This document shows positions 63,128 to 64,000 of a DNA stretch of 64,000 nucleotides, piece after piece. The stretch's first letter is position 1. The number at the start of each line of letters is the position of its first letter. Where the stretch lies: NCBI GenBank assembly GCA_045403135.1, contig JAXIPC010000009.1:6014-70013 (forward strand), given 5' to 3'. A program made the position numbers and the translations under genes. The DNA comes from Gemmatimonadales bacterium (GTDB taxonomy: Bacteria > Gemmatimonadota > Gemmatimonadetes > Gemmatimonadales > GWC2-71-9). The notes under the pieces were generated by a model, which made no database searches, was not told where the DNA came from, and saw nothing but the letters and a program-made list of their open reading frames with translations.

Positions 63128-63969
63128 GGCTTCGGCTGCTCCACGGCCAGGCGGTAGGCGTCGTTGCGGGGCACGCCGAAGAGATCGGTCAACAGGGCGG
63201 CCACTTCCTTCCGGGAGACGCCGGCCTCCAGCAGCCGCGCCGCGGCCGGGCCGGCGCGAACGGCGGAATCGTCATTCGGCGCCGCGGCCGCGCCGCCGAC
63301 CAGCACCGTGCATTCGCCGCGCGCGCCCTCGCCGTCACGGCGGTAGTGCGCGCCAAGCTCCTCCAGGGATCCCTGGCGGAATTCTTCGTGGATCTTGGTG
63401 AGCTCCCGGGCCACGACGGCGCTCCGTTCCCCGCCGCAGACCGCCGCGAGATCGGCGAGCAGCGCTTCGACCCGGCCGGGCGCTTCGAAGAGCACGGTGG
63501 TCCACTCCTCCCGCGCGATTCGCGCCAGGAACCGGCCACGCTCCGGACCCTTGCGGGGCAGGAACCCCAGGAAAAGGTACCGGTCCGCGGGAAAACCCCC
63601 CGCCGAGAGTGCCGCGGCGACCGCGGACGGCCCGGGAATGGGGACGATACCGAATCCGGCCTTCCGCACCGTCCGCACCAGTTCCGCCCCGGGATCGCTG
63701 ACGGCTGGTGTGCCGGCGTCGGTCACCAGCGCCACATCCTCACCCGCTTCGAGGGCCCGGAGTACCGCGCGGGCCGACCCCGGCCCCGAATGCGCGTGCG
63801 AGGAAATCCAGCGCGGATGGGCACCGAGGTGGGAGAGAAGCTTTCGGCTGTGTCGGGTGTCTTCCGCGACCACGACCGGCACGCGGCGGAGCGTCTCCGC
63901 GGCCCGCGCGGTCAGGTCGCCAAGATGGCCGAGCGGAGTGGCGACGACGAAGAGTGTCCCGCTCGGCAC
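63124..63969 (-). CDS. rsmI: 16S rRNA (cytidine1402-2'-O)-methyltransferase
   Basis: GTLFVVATPLGHLGDLTARA, AEDTRHSRKLL and LVTDAGTPAVSDPG. GTG start. ATGA overlap with the downstream DUF4159-like gene. Confidence 0.9.
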   Translation of the reverse strand: MPSGTLFVVATPLGHLGDLTARAAETLRRVPVVVAEDTRHSRKLLSHLGAHPRWISSHAHSGPGSARAVLRALEAGEDVALVTDAGTPAVSDPGAELVRTVRKAGFGIVPIPGPSAVAAALSAGGFPADRYLFLGFLPRKGPERGRFLARIAREEWTTVLFEAPGRVEALLADLAAVCGGERSAVVARELTKIHEEFRQGSLEELGAHYRRDGEGARGECTVLVGGAAAAPNDDSAVRAGPAAARLLEAGVSRKEVAALLTDLFGVPRNDAYRLAVEQPKP

Positions 63970-64000
63970 GGCATCACGCAGCGAGGTGTTTGGCGATTTT

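Overview
High-GC (roughly two-thirds G+C by eye) bacterial chromosomal segment, very densely packed: about 55 protein-coding genes and 3 tRNAs (Met-CAT, Ser-TGA, Ser-GCT). I saw no rRNA, CRISPR array, transposase or integrase. The taxon cannot be fixed from the sequence alone; the gene content would fit a soil-type Gram-negative lineage. Most of the window is housekeeping: eno-ftsB, glyA-rpiB, thrS, valS, gltX, purN-purH, thiL, plsC, nnr, rsmI, selA, a leucine dehydrogenase/hbd/thiolase block, a sigma-54 two-component pair, and a peptide ABC importer with an M28 peptidase. Many long ORFs in the supplied track are GC-driven antisense artefacts or over-extended N-termini. I trimmed starts using homology and a very regular NTGA stop/start overlap, seen at 23 junctions. 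Four things stand out. (1) At 657..9140, two translationally coupled cassettes pair DAACS-type amino-acid/dicarboxylate symporters and an MHS-type MFS transporter with three paralogous, uncharacterised ATP-grasp-like enzymes. This is my best candidate for an undescribed import-and-ligate system. (2) At 53721..63969, one NTGA-coupled minus-strand gene chain runs rsmI, DUF4159-like, giant coiled-coil DUF4175-like, TPR, a Tat-signal protein, then a DinG/XPD helicase with an N-terminal JAB/MPN (JAMM) domain. (3) Period-7/8 micro-tandem repeats are dispersed through the window. They fill whole intergenic spacers, are often arranged as inverted arms, and several place stop codons in all three frames. 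One copy sits in-frame inside a signal peptide. (4) Smaller oddities: two genes whose homology-supported N-termini coincide with CTG and lack any canonical start, candidate sigma-54 promoters, a G7/C8 hairpin abutting the eno start codon, and an orphan selA. All functional calls rest on reading the translated ORFs and on motifs recalled from memory. No database search was run.
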